This document shows positions 47,155 to 56,967 of a DNA stretch of 64,000 nt, one piece after another (position 1 is the first letter of the stretch; the number at the start of each line of letters is the position of its first letter). Location: the IMG/VR virus record IMGVR_UViG_3300046003_004989, positions 64,001 through 128,000 of that record; one strand, given 5' to 3'. Source of the DNA: a virus. The translations under genes and the position numbers were made by a program. The notes beneath the pieces were generated by a model. That model did not search any database. It saw only the letters and a list, made by a program, of their open reading frames with translations, and had not been told where the DNA came from.

Positions 47155-47631
47155 TTATATCTTAAATTCGTCGTCTTCTTCAGAATCTTCTTCGTCACTT
47201 GCAGCTTCTTTCTCTCCAGCTTTATCAGCCTTTTCTTCTCCAGTTTCTTTCTTAGCGTCTGGATCTTCAACATCCACTTCTTTGAATTTTTCTAGATCTT
47301 CAGGAGATACTTCTTGTTTAAGAATGAATATAGAAGGAGCTTCGTTTGTAAAGATTTTATAGCGACCATAGTCATAAACAAAGAGAACTGTTCCATCTTT
47401 GCTTATTTCGTAAGTTTTTGTAAATGCATCTTGTTTGATCTGATAACCCTTTTCTGCATTTTCTTTTCTCCATGCTGTCCACCAAGTAGGAGACATAGCA
47501 TAAAGACGATGGAAGTCAGATAGCTTAGTTTTCTTACCATCATTTTCTTTGGCATCATCTAAAGCTTGCTTCACACCGAAATAAGGCAAATATTGCTCGT
47601 TAAATTGTTCGTATGACGGTAGATTTTTCAA
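47155..47631 (-). CDS. Putative internal head protein
   Basis: Probable TTG start at 47631 gives MKNLPSYEQFNE and removes the overlap with gp55. Confidence 0.6.
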   Translation of the reverse strand: MKNLPSYEQFNEQYLPYFGVKQALDDAKENDGKKTKLSDFHRLYAMSPTWWTAWRKENAEKGYQIKQDAFTKTYEISKDGTVLFVYDYGRYKIFTNEAPSIFILKQEVSPEDLEKFKEVDVEDPDAKKETGEEKADKAGEKEAASDEEDSEEDDEFKI

Positions 47632-47641
47632 TTTAAGTTCT

Positions 47642-47998
47642 TTATATTGAATAGATTCCTTCGGAATCTGATGAACCTTTTCCACTTAGTGAAATGGTTC
47701 CTTTGTATTTTCCTGGATGTATTTTATTCCAACCTTTAGCATAACCATTTTTTGCGATCTGTGTAAAATATGAGAAAGCATTAGTGGTTTTTTCTGGTTT
47801 GAAAGATCTCCAGTATTTAAACAAATCCAAAAGAGCAAAAGATATGCAATCTTCTCGATCCATCGGATTCTCATACGACAATCTCGTATTAGCTCGATAG
47901 GCAATTAGGATTAGCATTTCCTCTGCTCTTTTAGTCAGTTTATCTTGTTTCTGTGAGAGACAAATCTCTTCATAGAATTCTTTTGGTTTTACGTACAT
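47642..47998 (-). CDS. gp55: Late-transcription sigma factor (gp55-like)
   Basis: YVKPKEF...REDCIS...FKPEKTTNAFSYFTQIA, matching the gp55 NxFxYFTQI signature. Confidence 0.85.
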   Translation of the reverse strand: MYVKPKEFYEEICLSQKQDKLTKRAEEMLILIAYRANTRLSYENPMDREDCISFALLDLFKYWRSFKPEKTTNAFSYFTQIAKNGYAKGWNKIHPGKYKGTISLSGKGSSDSEGIYSI

Positions 47999-48018
47999 GT
48001 TAATGTGTTTTAGAAAGT

Positions 48019-48243
48019 TTAGAACTTCACATCTAAAAATTTCTTTTCTACCATGTCTGATTTTCCATTCGATAGGATAACTTCAACTTTGTCGTTGTTA
48101 CCACCTTTTGTATACTGAAGAGCATCAACTTTCACAGTATCACCTTTTTTAAGGGATTTTGTAGAAGCATTAACTGTTGCATTGACATGAGTGTCAGAGG
48201 TCTTTGCTTCATTTAGCCATTCTTCAAATGTAGTAAGTTTCAT
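48019..48243 (-). CDS. Small putative internal head protein
   Basis: MKLTTFEEWLNE-A. Confidence 0.65.
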   Translation of the reverse strand: MKLTTFEEWLNEAKTSDTHVNATVNASTKSLKKGDTVKVDALQYTKGGNNDKVEVILSNGKSDMVEKKFLDVKF

Positions 48244-48254
48244 AGAAAAGTTTT

Positions 48255-49919
48255 TTATTGTGTGATTTCACCTGCAGAGATCAATTCTTCGACCTCGCTT
48301 TCTTTTATATGAATAGGTTGTGCAGAAGTTTCAAGATCTTTCTGATTAAACATATAAGAACCATCAGCTTCACCTTGGAATACATAACCAGTTGTTCCTT
48401 TTACAGTGTACTCTTGACCAGCAACTAGATCTTTACAAGATGTAAGTTTTGTATCACCTGAAGTAGGTAATTCAGCAGTTGCAGGATCGAATGTATCAGC
48501 TGCTGCTTCAACAATTTCACCTTTTAATTTAGAAAGTGCATCATTTTGTTCTTTCAATTGAGACTCAAGAAGAGATTTAGCTTGATCGATAAATTCTGAT
48601 TTACCTAAAGTCTTTTCAGCAGCTTCAATATCAGCAAGTTTCTCGATAATGAATTTAACTCTACTTTCTACTTTATTTAATTCAGCAGTTTTTCTTTCAA
48701 CTTCAGCTTTTTCATTTTCTAATAAATGATTAAGTGATTCTGAAATATCATAGTTCATGAAAGTTTTAACGATATCAACAGCTTCAGTTGCATTAGCAGC
48801 TTCAACGATTGAATTTTCTTGCATACCCTTGTTTACTTTTTGAATGAAAATACGATCATTAGTATTGAAAATTGTAGCAGAAAGACCTTCAAAAATAGAA
48901 GATGTTACTTTATAACCGAAGTCAATTTCTTTAATTTTAGATCCTTCATTGATAGCTCTTCCGATCATAGCAAGTTTTTCTTGTTCATTCATACGAACGA
49001 TACCAGAAGCCATTAATTGAGATGTAATATTAGAAGATTCTACTAATTTACCATTCAATGATACTTTAGTTTCTTCACCGAAAGCGATATCTAAAACTGA
49101 ATTAGGGTTTGGATAAACTCTCATTGTATTATTTGCAAATTTAGCAGATTCAGCTAAACGAACTAATGAAGTAAAGTCATCAGATGCAGGATTCGTAGAT
49201 TCAGTGATAGCTCCACCTTCGGAAACTACTAAGAATTTACCGCTTGATGCGAAAGCGAAAGTGTTTTCGTCGATAGCTTCAACTGGAGAATAAATTTTAG
49301 AAACTTTAAAGTTAGGATTCTGTCCGTTAATTGCACCTTTTTGAGTATTGCAATATTCGTATAATCTCTTAACTAAAGGAATCCAAACTTCAGATTCCAT
49401 AGTATCAACTACTGCAAATACTGGATTTTCTGAGTTAGATGCTTCACGTAAAGCAGTAATAGCTTTAGTGTAGTATGATTTGTTACGATCAACTTCTAAG
49501 TCACGAATTACAGATTCAATAAGAATGTAAGTTTGGTTAGATTTGATAAAGTCTTCACCTTCTGTGATGAAAGTTTTAACTTGTGGCATCCAAGAATAAG
49601 CTTTAAGTTCTTTAATAGCTGATTCAAGAATAGCAACTCTACCTAAAAGGTATGAGTCAGCAATAGTTGTTTTTGCTTCAGAAAGTGTAGAAGCTGTTGC
49701 AAGGTGACGAGCTTGATTTTGCTCAACGCCTTTACCAAGCAATTCTGTATAAGCATCTTTTGCTGTGATAGTTCCTTCAGCAATTTCCAATGAAGCTAGT
49801 TTACCGTAGTATCTTTCAACAATCATTTTAGATGTATTGTTTCTGTCGATACTTTCAAGTAATTCTGAAAACTTCACTTTAAGTGACGCTGAATCAAATT
49901 TTGATTTTAGTTGTGACAT
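48255..49919 (-). CDS. Large virion-associated hypothetical protein
   Basis: 554 aa; many (I/L/V)xE-(A/S/G) sites; C-terminal domain paralogous to 44769..45122. Confidence 0.6.
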   Translation of the reverse strand: MSQLKSKFDSASLKVKFSELLESIDRNNTSKMIVERYYGKLASLEIAEGTITAKDAYTELLGKGVEQNQARHLATASTLSEAKTTIADSYLLGRVAILESAIKELKAYSWMPQVKTFITEGEDFIKSNQTYILIESVIRDLEVDRNKSYYTKAITALREASNSENPVFAVVDTMESEVWIPLVKRLYEYCNTQKGAINGQNPNFKVSKIYSPVEAIDENTFAFASSGKFLVVSEGGAITESTNPASDDFTSLVRLAESAKFANNTMRVYPNPNSVLDIAFGEETKVSLNGKLVESSNITSQLMASGIVRMNEQEKLAMIGRAINEGSKIKEIDFGYKVTSSIFEGLSATIFNTNDRIFIQKVNKGMQENSIVEAANATEAVDIVKTFMNYDISESLNHLLENEKAEVERKTAELNKVESRVKFIIEKLADIEAAEKTLGKSEFIDQAKSLLESQLKEQNDALSKLKGEIVEAAADTFDPATAELPTSGDTKLTSCKDLVAGQEYTVKGTTGYVFQGEADGSYMFNQKDLETSAQPIHIKESEVEELISAGEITQ

Positions 49920-49951
49920 TTTTATGTTCGTTTTTTTACGTTTTTCTTTTA

Positions 49952-50632
49952 TTATTTATACACGTAACAAGGAATTGATTTCCCATATAGTGGAATAAGT
50001 TCTTCTGAATGTGGTGCTTCGATATAATCGATCATAGTACCATCAAACATAGGTCTTCCTGTTTGATCGTGTGCAAAATAACCTTTAGTTCCTATCTGCC
50101 AAATTGGAGTAGAACCAGAAGTAATGACTGCTCTATAAACTTTATAACCTACTTCCCATATTTCGATAGTAGAGTTAACTTGATATGTGTCTCTTAAAGA
50201 GAAGTACTTATTTTGACCTGTTTTAAGATTCAATGAACCGCAAGGTAAAATAGCAGCACCTCTTCCTTGATATCCACCAGTGAATTTTCTAGTAGTTTTG
50301 AATTGTTCTCCAGAAGATCTTTTAGAACCTGGAAGAACTTTTACTTGAGTTGCTTTACCAGCAACGTCCATTCCAAGAGCTTCTGCTCTAGAAAAGAAAG
50401 CTTTAGTTACTTCATGGTCAGCTCCAAGAATTTGATCAGCTGCAACTCCACGGTCATAAGCTTTATCTTTATCAGTGATTAACTTACACATAGTATTCGC
50501 TAATGTAAGCATTTTGTTTGTATCACCTTTAGATTTGGTTACGATATCTTGAACTCTTTGAACATCTTTTTGAGATGCTTCAAGAACTAGACTCTCTAGG
50601 ATAAAATCGTCGTAAGAAGGTATATTGTTCAT
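49952..50632 (-). CDS. Putative internal head protein
   Basis: MNNIPSYDDFILE-SLVLE-A. Confidence 0.65.
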   Translation of the reverse strand: MNNIPSYDDFILESLVLEASQKDVQRVQDIVTKSKGDTNKMLTLANTMCKLITDKDKAYDRGVAADQILGADHEVTKAFFSRAEALGMDVAGKATQVKVLPGSKRSSGEQFKTTRKFTGGYQGRGAAILPCGSLNLKTGQNKYFSLRDTYQVNSTIEIWEVGYKVYRAVITSGSTPIWQIGTKGYFAHDQTGRPMFDGTMIDYIEAPHSEELIPLYGKSIPCYVYK

Positions 50633-50641
50633 GTTGTTATA

Positions 50642-51412
50642 TTATTTAGCAGCACCAACCCCTTTTAATTGAGGATATTTCTTAAGAACGGCAGCAACTA
50701 CTTCTTTTTTAATGTCTTTGTATTGTGGCCATGTAGCCCAAACTAATGCAGTTTTTGCATGTTTTTCGTCATGTATTGGCCAAGATCTTTTATCAGGGAA
50801 TATGAAGTCTTCTGGTTTTAATTTTTCTTTCTCTGCTGGAGAAAGACCTTCAAGAACTTTATGATAATCTAAAACGCTTTCAAGAACTTCATCTTCAATA
50901 CCTTCGATATCGAATTCTAAAGATTCAGAAAGAATTTTCTTGATTTTCTCTAATTTTTGAGCATCTTTTAAAGCCGATTGAAGAGCTTGTACCTTAGCTG
51001 ATTCTTCATCTTCTTCAGGTTTTTTAGTTTCTTCTTCGTCTTTTTCTGGCTCAGTTTCACCTTTCTTAAGCTTATCTAATGCAGCTTTAACATCTACATC
51101 TGGTTTTGCTTTTGAAGGATCTATACCTTTTGCTAGATCTGATGCGTCTGCTTTAAGGATATCGTCAGCTTCATCTAATGATTGAAGTGCTTCGAAGTCA
51201 ATTGATTCACCTAAAAATACTTTTGACATAACTCGAACTTTACGTTCTTCGTCAATGCCTATAGTAGTTAAAAATAGATAAATTTGTTCAGGTGTTTTTC
51301 CTTCAGAAGCTAATTTGCTAACGATAGGGAAAAGAGATCCTGCACCGTAGTATGAATACTGTCCAGCTAGATTCTCGTTCACAAATTCTGTGTATGATTT
51401 AATAAGTCCCAT
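50642..51412 (-). CDS. Putative internal head protein with C-terminal DUF6582-like module
   Basis: MGLIKSYTEFVNE; LSPAEKEKLKPEDFIFPDKRSWPIHDEKHAKTAL; late promoter at 51429-51436. Confidence 0.6.
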   Translation of the reverse strand: MGLIKSYTEFVNENLAGQYSYYGAGSLFPIVSKLASEGKTPEQIYLFLTTIGIDEERKVRVMSKVFLGESIDFEALQSLDEADDILKADASDLAKGIDPSKAKPDVDVKAALDKLKKGETEPEKDEEETKKPEEDEESAKVQALQSALKDAQKLEKIKKILSESLEFDIEGIEDEVLESVLDYHKVLEGLSPAEKEKLKPEDFIFPDKRSWPIHDEKHAKTALVWATWPQYKDIKKEVVAAVLKKYPQLKGVGAAK

Positions 51413-51454
51413 CGACTAAATTTTTATTTATATATCTCTCCTAATAGTTATCGA

Positions 51455-52378
51455 TTAACTAGTTGGACCAGTTTCGGTAGGAGGAAGGTTTGTACTTGGA
51501 TTTATTGGCCAAAATGGACCGTTTAGTGTTGGATCGTCATAAGCTGCATTCAACATAGGATTGTAACCGACTGTATTTGAGGCTCCTGTTGTACCTGATG
51601 CTCCAGGAACACCGATATTTCCGAGGAGTGCAGAAGCACCTCCACCCGAAGGACCCATCATAAGTGGCGGTATGAAAGTTGTTGCTTGGAATGAAGCCAT
51701 ATTCGTACCAGCAAATATTGTAGTTTCTGGTTTGAAGACTGGTATATGAGATTTAATTTGAACCGAGAAAGTTACTTTATACTCTTTTTTATCAGAGAAT
51801 GAGAATTCTACAGTTCTCTCTTGTGTATAATCATCAGGGAATGTGATTAAGCAAGGGATTCTCGTATAAGCTATATCGACTTGATATGCTTTTGCTTTAT
51901 AGAATGTTCGAATGATTGCTTCCGAACATTTTAACTGATCCAAAATTGAATCGACTGTTATTTCAACAGAAAGATCCATGGTGATAGGCACCATGAAAGC
52001 TTCTGTATTATATGTGTTTAGAGTTCCATCGTCTTCTTGCTTTAAGTGTTGCATTCGGACGTATTTATTAACAATAGCTTGAGTTTCTATAGAAAATGAT
52101 TCAAAATTAACTACTCCTCTCGGGATTTGATTATAGAATGCTTCTGCATGTAAATTTTCTGGATCGAAGTCTATGTTATTCAAGAAGTTATCTTGCAAAT
52201 ATCTCTCAGAACCTGTAGTAGAAAAGTAAAAAGGGACGTTTATTTTTCTCTTATCGGCAACAGCTATTCCAATTTGATTGTTCCAGTTAATGTTATCCGA
52301 AAGGGTAGCCAAACATCCAATCAGAATGTTTCTAATAGATACGTCGTCTTTATTAAAATGTAAGTCATATACAGACAT
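51455..52378 (-). CDS. Tail sheath stabilizer / tail terminator (gp15-like)
   Basis: RNILIG...INVPFYF...PRG...VPI pattern; late promoter at 52399-52406. Confidence 0.65.
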   Translation of the reverse strand: MSVYDLHFNKDDVSIRNILIGCLATLSDNINWNNQIGIAVADKRKINVPFYFSTTGSERYLQDNFLNNIDFDPENLHAEAFYNQIPRGVVNFESFSIETQAIVNKYVRMQHLKQEDDGTLNTYNTEAFMVPITMDLSVEITVDSILDQLKCSEAIIRTFYKAKAYQVDIAYTRIPCLITFPDDYTQERTVEFSFSDKKEYKVTFSVQIKSHIPVFKPETTIFAGTNMASFQATTFIPPLMMGPSGGGASALLGNIGVPGASGTTGASNTVGYNPMLNAAYDDPTLNGPFWPINPSTNLPPTETGPTS

Positions 52379-52414
52379 TGATCGCTAATTTGTTTAGTTA
52401 TATATCATCACTAA

Positions 52415-54085
52415 TTACGTGATGTTTTCTATGATTAGCTTAGAGAATCCGCCTTCTTTTACAGCTTCTACTTTCTTATCGAAAAGTTCGGTTGGTAATT
52501 CTGTATGATTGATAACCCAAGTGTTTAGGTGATTTTCTTTCGATACTTCACTTAAGATTTTGATAATCTCATAAACTCCTGCAGAATCTACGGATGAGAA
52601 AATTTCATCCAAGAATAAAATGTTGAGTGAAGGATAACGAATTTTAAGCATCTTTAGAAGAGCAATAATAATGATAAAGTCAGCTTTCTTTCTTTCACCT
52701 GTAGACATACTACGAGGATTGATTTCTTCACCGAGAGCATTGATTACACAATCAAACTTGTCATTGAATTTTACTGAATAAGGAAGATGCATTTGTTTGC
52801 TCATATTAGCTATCGATTGATTCAATGACGGTAGAATCGTTTTCATAGCTAAGTTCTTTACTCCGTCATCACCTAAAACCGATTCAACAGTTTCGAGGAA
52901 TGCATCATCGATTGCTTTTTCTGAATGGGATTTTCTCTTCTCTTCTTTTTTTCCTACGTTTTCAATAACTAATTGTTGTAGATATTCAGAGTCCAATTCT
53001 TTCGATTCATTAACAGCTTTATCAACTTCTCGTTTGTATTGATTTATCATCATATTCACACGAACAATTGAAGACTCAAGTTCTTTTACTTTAGTTCCGA
53101 TAGTTTTAACCTTTTCGGTTCCATCTTTTAGTTCAGTTCGTAAAGTATCGAATTTACTCTTTTTAGAGGTTTTCTGTTCTTCTAGTTCTGATTTGTGATG
53201 ATGGTGTTCATCGGTATCTAGAGATGAACCACATGTAGGACATTGTGAATTTTCATATAGGTTGATTTTTTCATCTATCGATTTCAATTCATAACCTAGC
53301 TTAGAGAATTCTTGTTTCTTTGATTCGAAATTAGTTGTTACTCGAGTTTCAAGTTCTTTGATTTTGACTAAGTCACCTTCTACTTTTTTCTTATTTTCGA
53401 TTAGCTCTTCAATCTTTTCTTTGAACTCTTGAATCAATTTAGTTTTATCCTCTTTCTTAGCTTCTTCTAGATTTTTAATCTTTTCTGATACTGAAGTAAT
53501 TGTATCTTCAATAATTCCTAACTCATCGGACAAAGTCTTAATTGCATCTTTGATTTCTTTTCTTTCATGTCGGATAGAATCTTTCATTTGATTGATTACT
53601 GTGAATCCGAAAAGGCGATCTATGATGTTACGTTTGTCACCTGGAGACATCGTAAGGAATGAACGGAAGTCATTAATAGATAACACAATGATGTTCTTGA
53701 AAACCTGATACGGGATGTCGAAAAGCTCAATTTCTAGATAGTCTTGAACGTTCGAGTTTCCTGCAGTTTCGTAAGGTACGCCATCGATAATTACTTCAAA
53801 TAGACCTGGCGATACACCACGTACAATTTCTATTTTCTTATTACGGCTTTTAATTACGATTCTACACCAAAGGTTTTTATTGATACGATTAGGTAGATCC
53901 GATTTATTCTTTCTTTCAATTCTTCCATAAAGAGCAAATGTAATAACCTCGGCAATCGTAGATTTACCATGGCCATTACCACCGAGAAGCAAGTACAAGT
54001 CTCCCTGATCATTTTCAAATTCTACGTGAGATATAGAATTTCCATAGGAGTTGAAATTCCTCCATTCAATTGATTGTATTTTCAT
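52415..54085 (-). CDS. gp46: Recombination endonuclease ATPase subunit (gp46 / SbcC-Rad50)
   Basis: NFNSYGN, GGNGHGKST, CPTC zinc hook, MSTGE, LDE and H-loop motifs. Confidence 0.95.
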   Translation of the reverse strand: MKIQSIEWRNFNSYGNSISHVEFENDQGDLYLLLGGNGHGKSTIAEVITFALYGRIERKNKSDLPNRINKNLWCRIVIKSRNKKIEIVRGVSPGLFEVIIDGVPYETAGNSNVQDYLEIELFDIPYQVFKNIIVLSINDFRSFLTMSPGDKRNIIDRLFGFTVINQMKDSIRHERKEIKDAIKTLSDELGIIEDTITSVSEKIKNLEEAKKEDKTKLIQEFKEKIEELIENKKKVEGDLVKIKELETRVTTNFESKKQEFSKLGYELKSIDEKINLYENSQCPTCGSSLDTDEHHHHKSELEEQKTSKKSKFDTLRTELKDGTEKVKTIGTKVKELESSIVRVNMMINQYKREVDKAVNESKELDSEYLQQLVIENVGKKEEKRKSHSEKAIDDAFLETVESVLGDDGVKNLAMKTILPSLNQSIANMSKQMHLPYSVKFNDKFDCVINALGEEINPRSMSTGERKKADFIIIIALLKMLKIRYPSLNILFLDEIFSSVDSAGVYEIIKILSEVSKENHLNTWVINHTELPTELFDKKVEAVKEGGFSKLIIENIT

Positions 54086-55179
54086 TAGTCTCTTACTTCT
54101 TTAATTACTGAGGTGTAAAGGTTATTAATTTTATGCATAACTTTATCTTTAGTACTGTCATCCAATGTTGAGATACGTCTAACATATTTTTCACACAACC
54201 CATAAATGTTAAATGATTCATCTTCCAATTCATCGAATAGATCTCCTTCTGAATTTGATTCATCTTCAAATGGAATTACCTCTAATTTCTTTGTTATTTC
54301 GCTTAGAATATCAATGATAGGATTGATCTGAAATTTCAACAGGAAGCTAGAAGGGACATACAGGTCAACTCGATTGTTCGTACAGATATCCTTTAGTTCT
54401 CCAACAGATTTGTCCAAGAATTTATTCAGATAGACTCTGATGAACTTCGGAGAGTATGTATTTTCGATAAATTCTTCCGTTCCTTCGTTTATGTCTAGGA
54501 TATACCAACCTTTCTGATTACCTGCATCAGACCTAGTCATTTGATAAGGGTTACCTACCATTGTAACATTCCCTCGGTGTTGACCCCAGTGAATGTGTCC
54601 CGAATAAACTCTACGGAAATTAACTAAGTCAGATATTCCAAGACCTTCTTCAACGTTTCTACCGTTATCGAATTTTAAATTTCGGATATTCGTATGACAG
54701 AAGAGATAGTGCAATTCTTGTACTTTATACTCTTCTAAACATCTTAATTCCTCTTCTTCGTTAGTTCTCCAAGGCATAAAAAGTGCTTTAGTTTCACCAA
54801 AATCAGCAACTACTGGTTCTTTGATGATATGCACTTTAGGGATGTACTTTAAACAATCAAGAGAAGAAACATCATTAGTTGTCTTTCTCATGACATCGTG
54901 ATTTCCAGCAATAACATAGATTCCGTCTACGAAGATTTTTGATAGCTCTTCGAATAATCTAATTCCTTCATGTAATACAAGTAGATTTACAGATTGTCTA
55001 TTATCAAATACGTCTCCACAATGAATGAGGATGTCTCCAGGTCTGTAATTTTCTTTAGCTTTAGGTATGAAGTCTTGATAGAACCAATCTCTCATTACGT
55101 CTAGCCATTCTACGGAATTTGAACGAGCACCTAAATGTGTGTCCGATACTATAAATGCGCGTTTAGCTTCAATTTTCAT
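54085..55179 (-). CDS. gp47: Recombination endonuclease nuclease subunit (gp47 / SbcD-Mre11)
   Basis: SDTHLG, GDVFD, GNHD and SGHIH motifs. Confidence 0.95.
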   Translation of the reverse strand: MKIEAKRAFIVSDTHLGARSNSVEWLDVMRDWFYQDFIPKAKENYRPGDILIHCGDVFDNRQSVNLLVLHEGIRLFEELSKIFVDGIYVIAGNHDVMRKTTNDVSSLDCLKYIPKVHIIKEPVVADFGETKALFMPWRTNEEEELRCLEEYKVQELHYLFCHTNIRNLKFDNGRNVEEGLGISDLVNFRRVYSGHIHWGQHRGNVTMVGNPYQMTRSDAGNQKGWYILDINEGTEEFIENTYSPKFIRVYLNKFLDKSVGELKDICTNNRVDLYVPSSFLLKFQINPIIDILSEITKKLEVIPFEDESNSEGDLFDELEDESFNIYGLCEKYVRRISTLDDSTKDKVMHKINNLYTSVIKEVRD

Positions 55180-55180
55180 A

Positions 55181-55654
55181 TTAGAACAGGGTTTTACTCT
55201 TTTTGAGATAGCCTCTACTTTTCAATTCTGTTATCAATTCTGTCTTAAATAGATTTGATAGAGATTCATAAAATTTGTCTGCGTTTACGTCAAACATTGA
55301 TGAAATGATAGAGAAAATTTCAATTCGAGGTTCATTTGCTAAGTGAGTTGTTACGTAAGAATAAACATCATTAATGTCACTCTTATTCATTTTTTTGAAG
55401 TTACCTGCTTCATCAGCTTTTAAAAAACGATCAAATCGTCTTTCGTTTGAGATTAAAGATTCAACTTTAACCAGTATGAGTTTTTCATCTAATGTATATT
55501 CGTAAGATTTCTGTTCCATTGAAGGATCGACTTTAAATTCGATCGCTGTTGTGTCAATTTCTATTTCGTCATATGTATTGTCAAAGATTTTATCTCTCTT
55601 AACTACTGGTTCGTCGTCTTCAAAATTTTCTATTTCGTCATTTTGATTAAACAT
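55181..55654 (-). CDS. Hypothetical protein, possibly a gp33-like late transcription co-activator
   Basis: C-terminal helical pattern (IEIFSIIS...SLSNLFKTELITEL..RGYL) loosely resembles gp33. Confidence 0.3.
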   Translation of the reverse strand: MFNQNDEIENFEDDEPVVKRDKIFDNTYDEIEIDTTAIEFKVDPSMEQKSYEYTLDEKLILVKVESLISNERRFDRFLKADEAGNFKKMNKSDINDVYSYVTTHLANEPRIEIFSIISSMFDVNADKFYESLSNLFKTELITELKSRGYLKKSKTLF

Positions 55655-55658
55655 GTCT

Positions 55659-56957
55659 TTATATTGTTGAGTTTACAATAGTGTCTGTTTCTAGTAGTCG
55701 CATATATGTGTAGTCTATACGATAGAGACATCTACTGTTTTTACCTGTACCGTTACGTACTTTCAGGATTTTTAACCAATACTCGTTATTCATGTGCATT
55801 GATGAATCTTGAATGATACCGTAAATGATATCGGCAGTGTGTGATAAACCGGCAGATTCTGCGATATGTCCCATTGTTAATTCAGTTGAGTCATATCCAC
55901 CACGGTTAATTTGAGTTGCGGTGATAACTACCCATTCGTTTCGAACAGCCATAGCTCGAAGATCTTCTGCAATTTGCTTGATCTTCATATATGTGTTTTC
56001 AGTGTTGGGATTTCTGTGATTAGCTAAGATGTTAATGTAGTCAATAACAATTGCTTTCAACTTAATTCCATTTACTGCTTCCAATTCTTTCAAATAAGAT
56101 TCAATATCTGGAACTGATGCTTGTGATGTTGGATATTCTTTTACGAAAAGATTTCCTGGTGGAATTACACCATTAGTCAATTGGCCTAATCTACTCTTAA
56201 TAAAGTTAGGTTGTTTTGATAGCTTTTCGTATTCCGAAACTTTAACATTCAATAAGTTAGCACCTATACGATGAATGAAGTCGATATCCGCCATTTCCGC
56301 AGTGATTACTGCTACGTCATAACCTGCTTTAACGTAATTTACGGCATCGTTTGCCAACCAAATAGATTTACCGATGTTTTGTTCACCTGCATAAACAACT
56401 AGGGATTTTGTACGATATCCACCTGTGGATTGATCGATCCAATTATGACCTGTTGTTATTTTGGAATTTGATTCTGGTATATGTGATTCAGCTTCAAAGA
56501 AATTCTTACCTAGGTTTTGATTGAAGGTAATTGAATTTCTATCGTTGATAAGGTTTTTAACCGTATTGATGACGTCTTTAACATTGTTAGGATTTACTTT
56601 TACCGTTTTAACGTATTCAAGAGTATCGATCAATGATCGGTCTAATGATTTCCAAAGAATCCATGATTGACAAGTTTCTTGTACCCATTCTGAATCATAA
56701 GCACTTATTGGTTCGTCAAACACTAAGTCAATGACTGAATCAGTGACTTTTTCTTTGAATTTTTCTTGTTTGGAAACTATTTTAAGCTGTTCTTCTGAAG
56801 GGACTTGATTGAATCTATCATAGAATTGCTTGGTGATTGTATGTAAAGTTCCGATCTGATCATTCTCGTAAAATGAGTCATTTATGTTTTTGAGGTATTT
56901 TGGATTTTCTCTCGTATAGAGATAGAAGACTTTTTCAAATTCTGCGGAACCTATCAT
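55659..56957 (-). CDS. gp41: Replicative helicase (gp41 / DnaB-like)
   Basis: AGEQNIGKS, TAEM, VKEYPT, IDYIN, TATQINR and AESAG motifs. Confidence 0.93.
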   Translation of the reverse strand: MIGSAEFEKVFYLYTRENPKYLKNINDSFYENDQIGTLHTITKQFYDRFNQVPSEEQLKIVSKQEKFKEKVTDSVIDLVFDEPISAYDSEWVQETCQSWILWKSLDRSLIDTLEYVKTVKVNPNNVKDVINTVKNLINDRNSITFNQNLGKNFFEAESHIPESNSKITTGHNWIDQSTGGYRTKSLVVYAGEQNIGKSIWLANDAVNYVKAGYDVAVITAEMADIDFIHRIGANLLNVKVSEYEKLSKQPNFIKSRLGQLTNGVIPPGNLFVKEYPTSQASVPDIESYLKELEAVNGIKLKAIVIDYINILANHRNPNTENTYMKIKQIAEDLRAMAVRNEWVVITATQINRGGYDSTELTMGHIAESAGLSHTADIIYGIIQDSSMHMNNEYWLKILKVRNGTGKNSRCLYRIDYTYMRLLETDTIVNSTI

Positions 56958-56967
56958 GTTTATTTTT

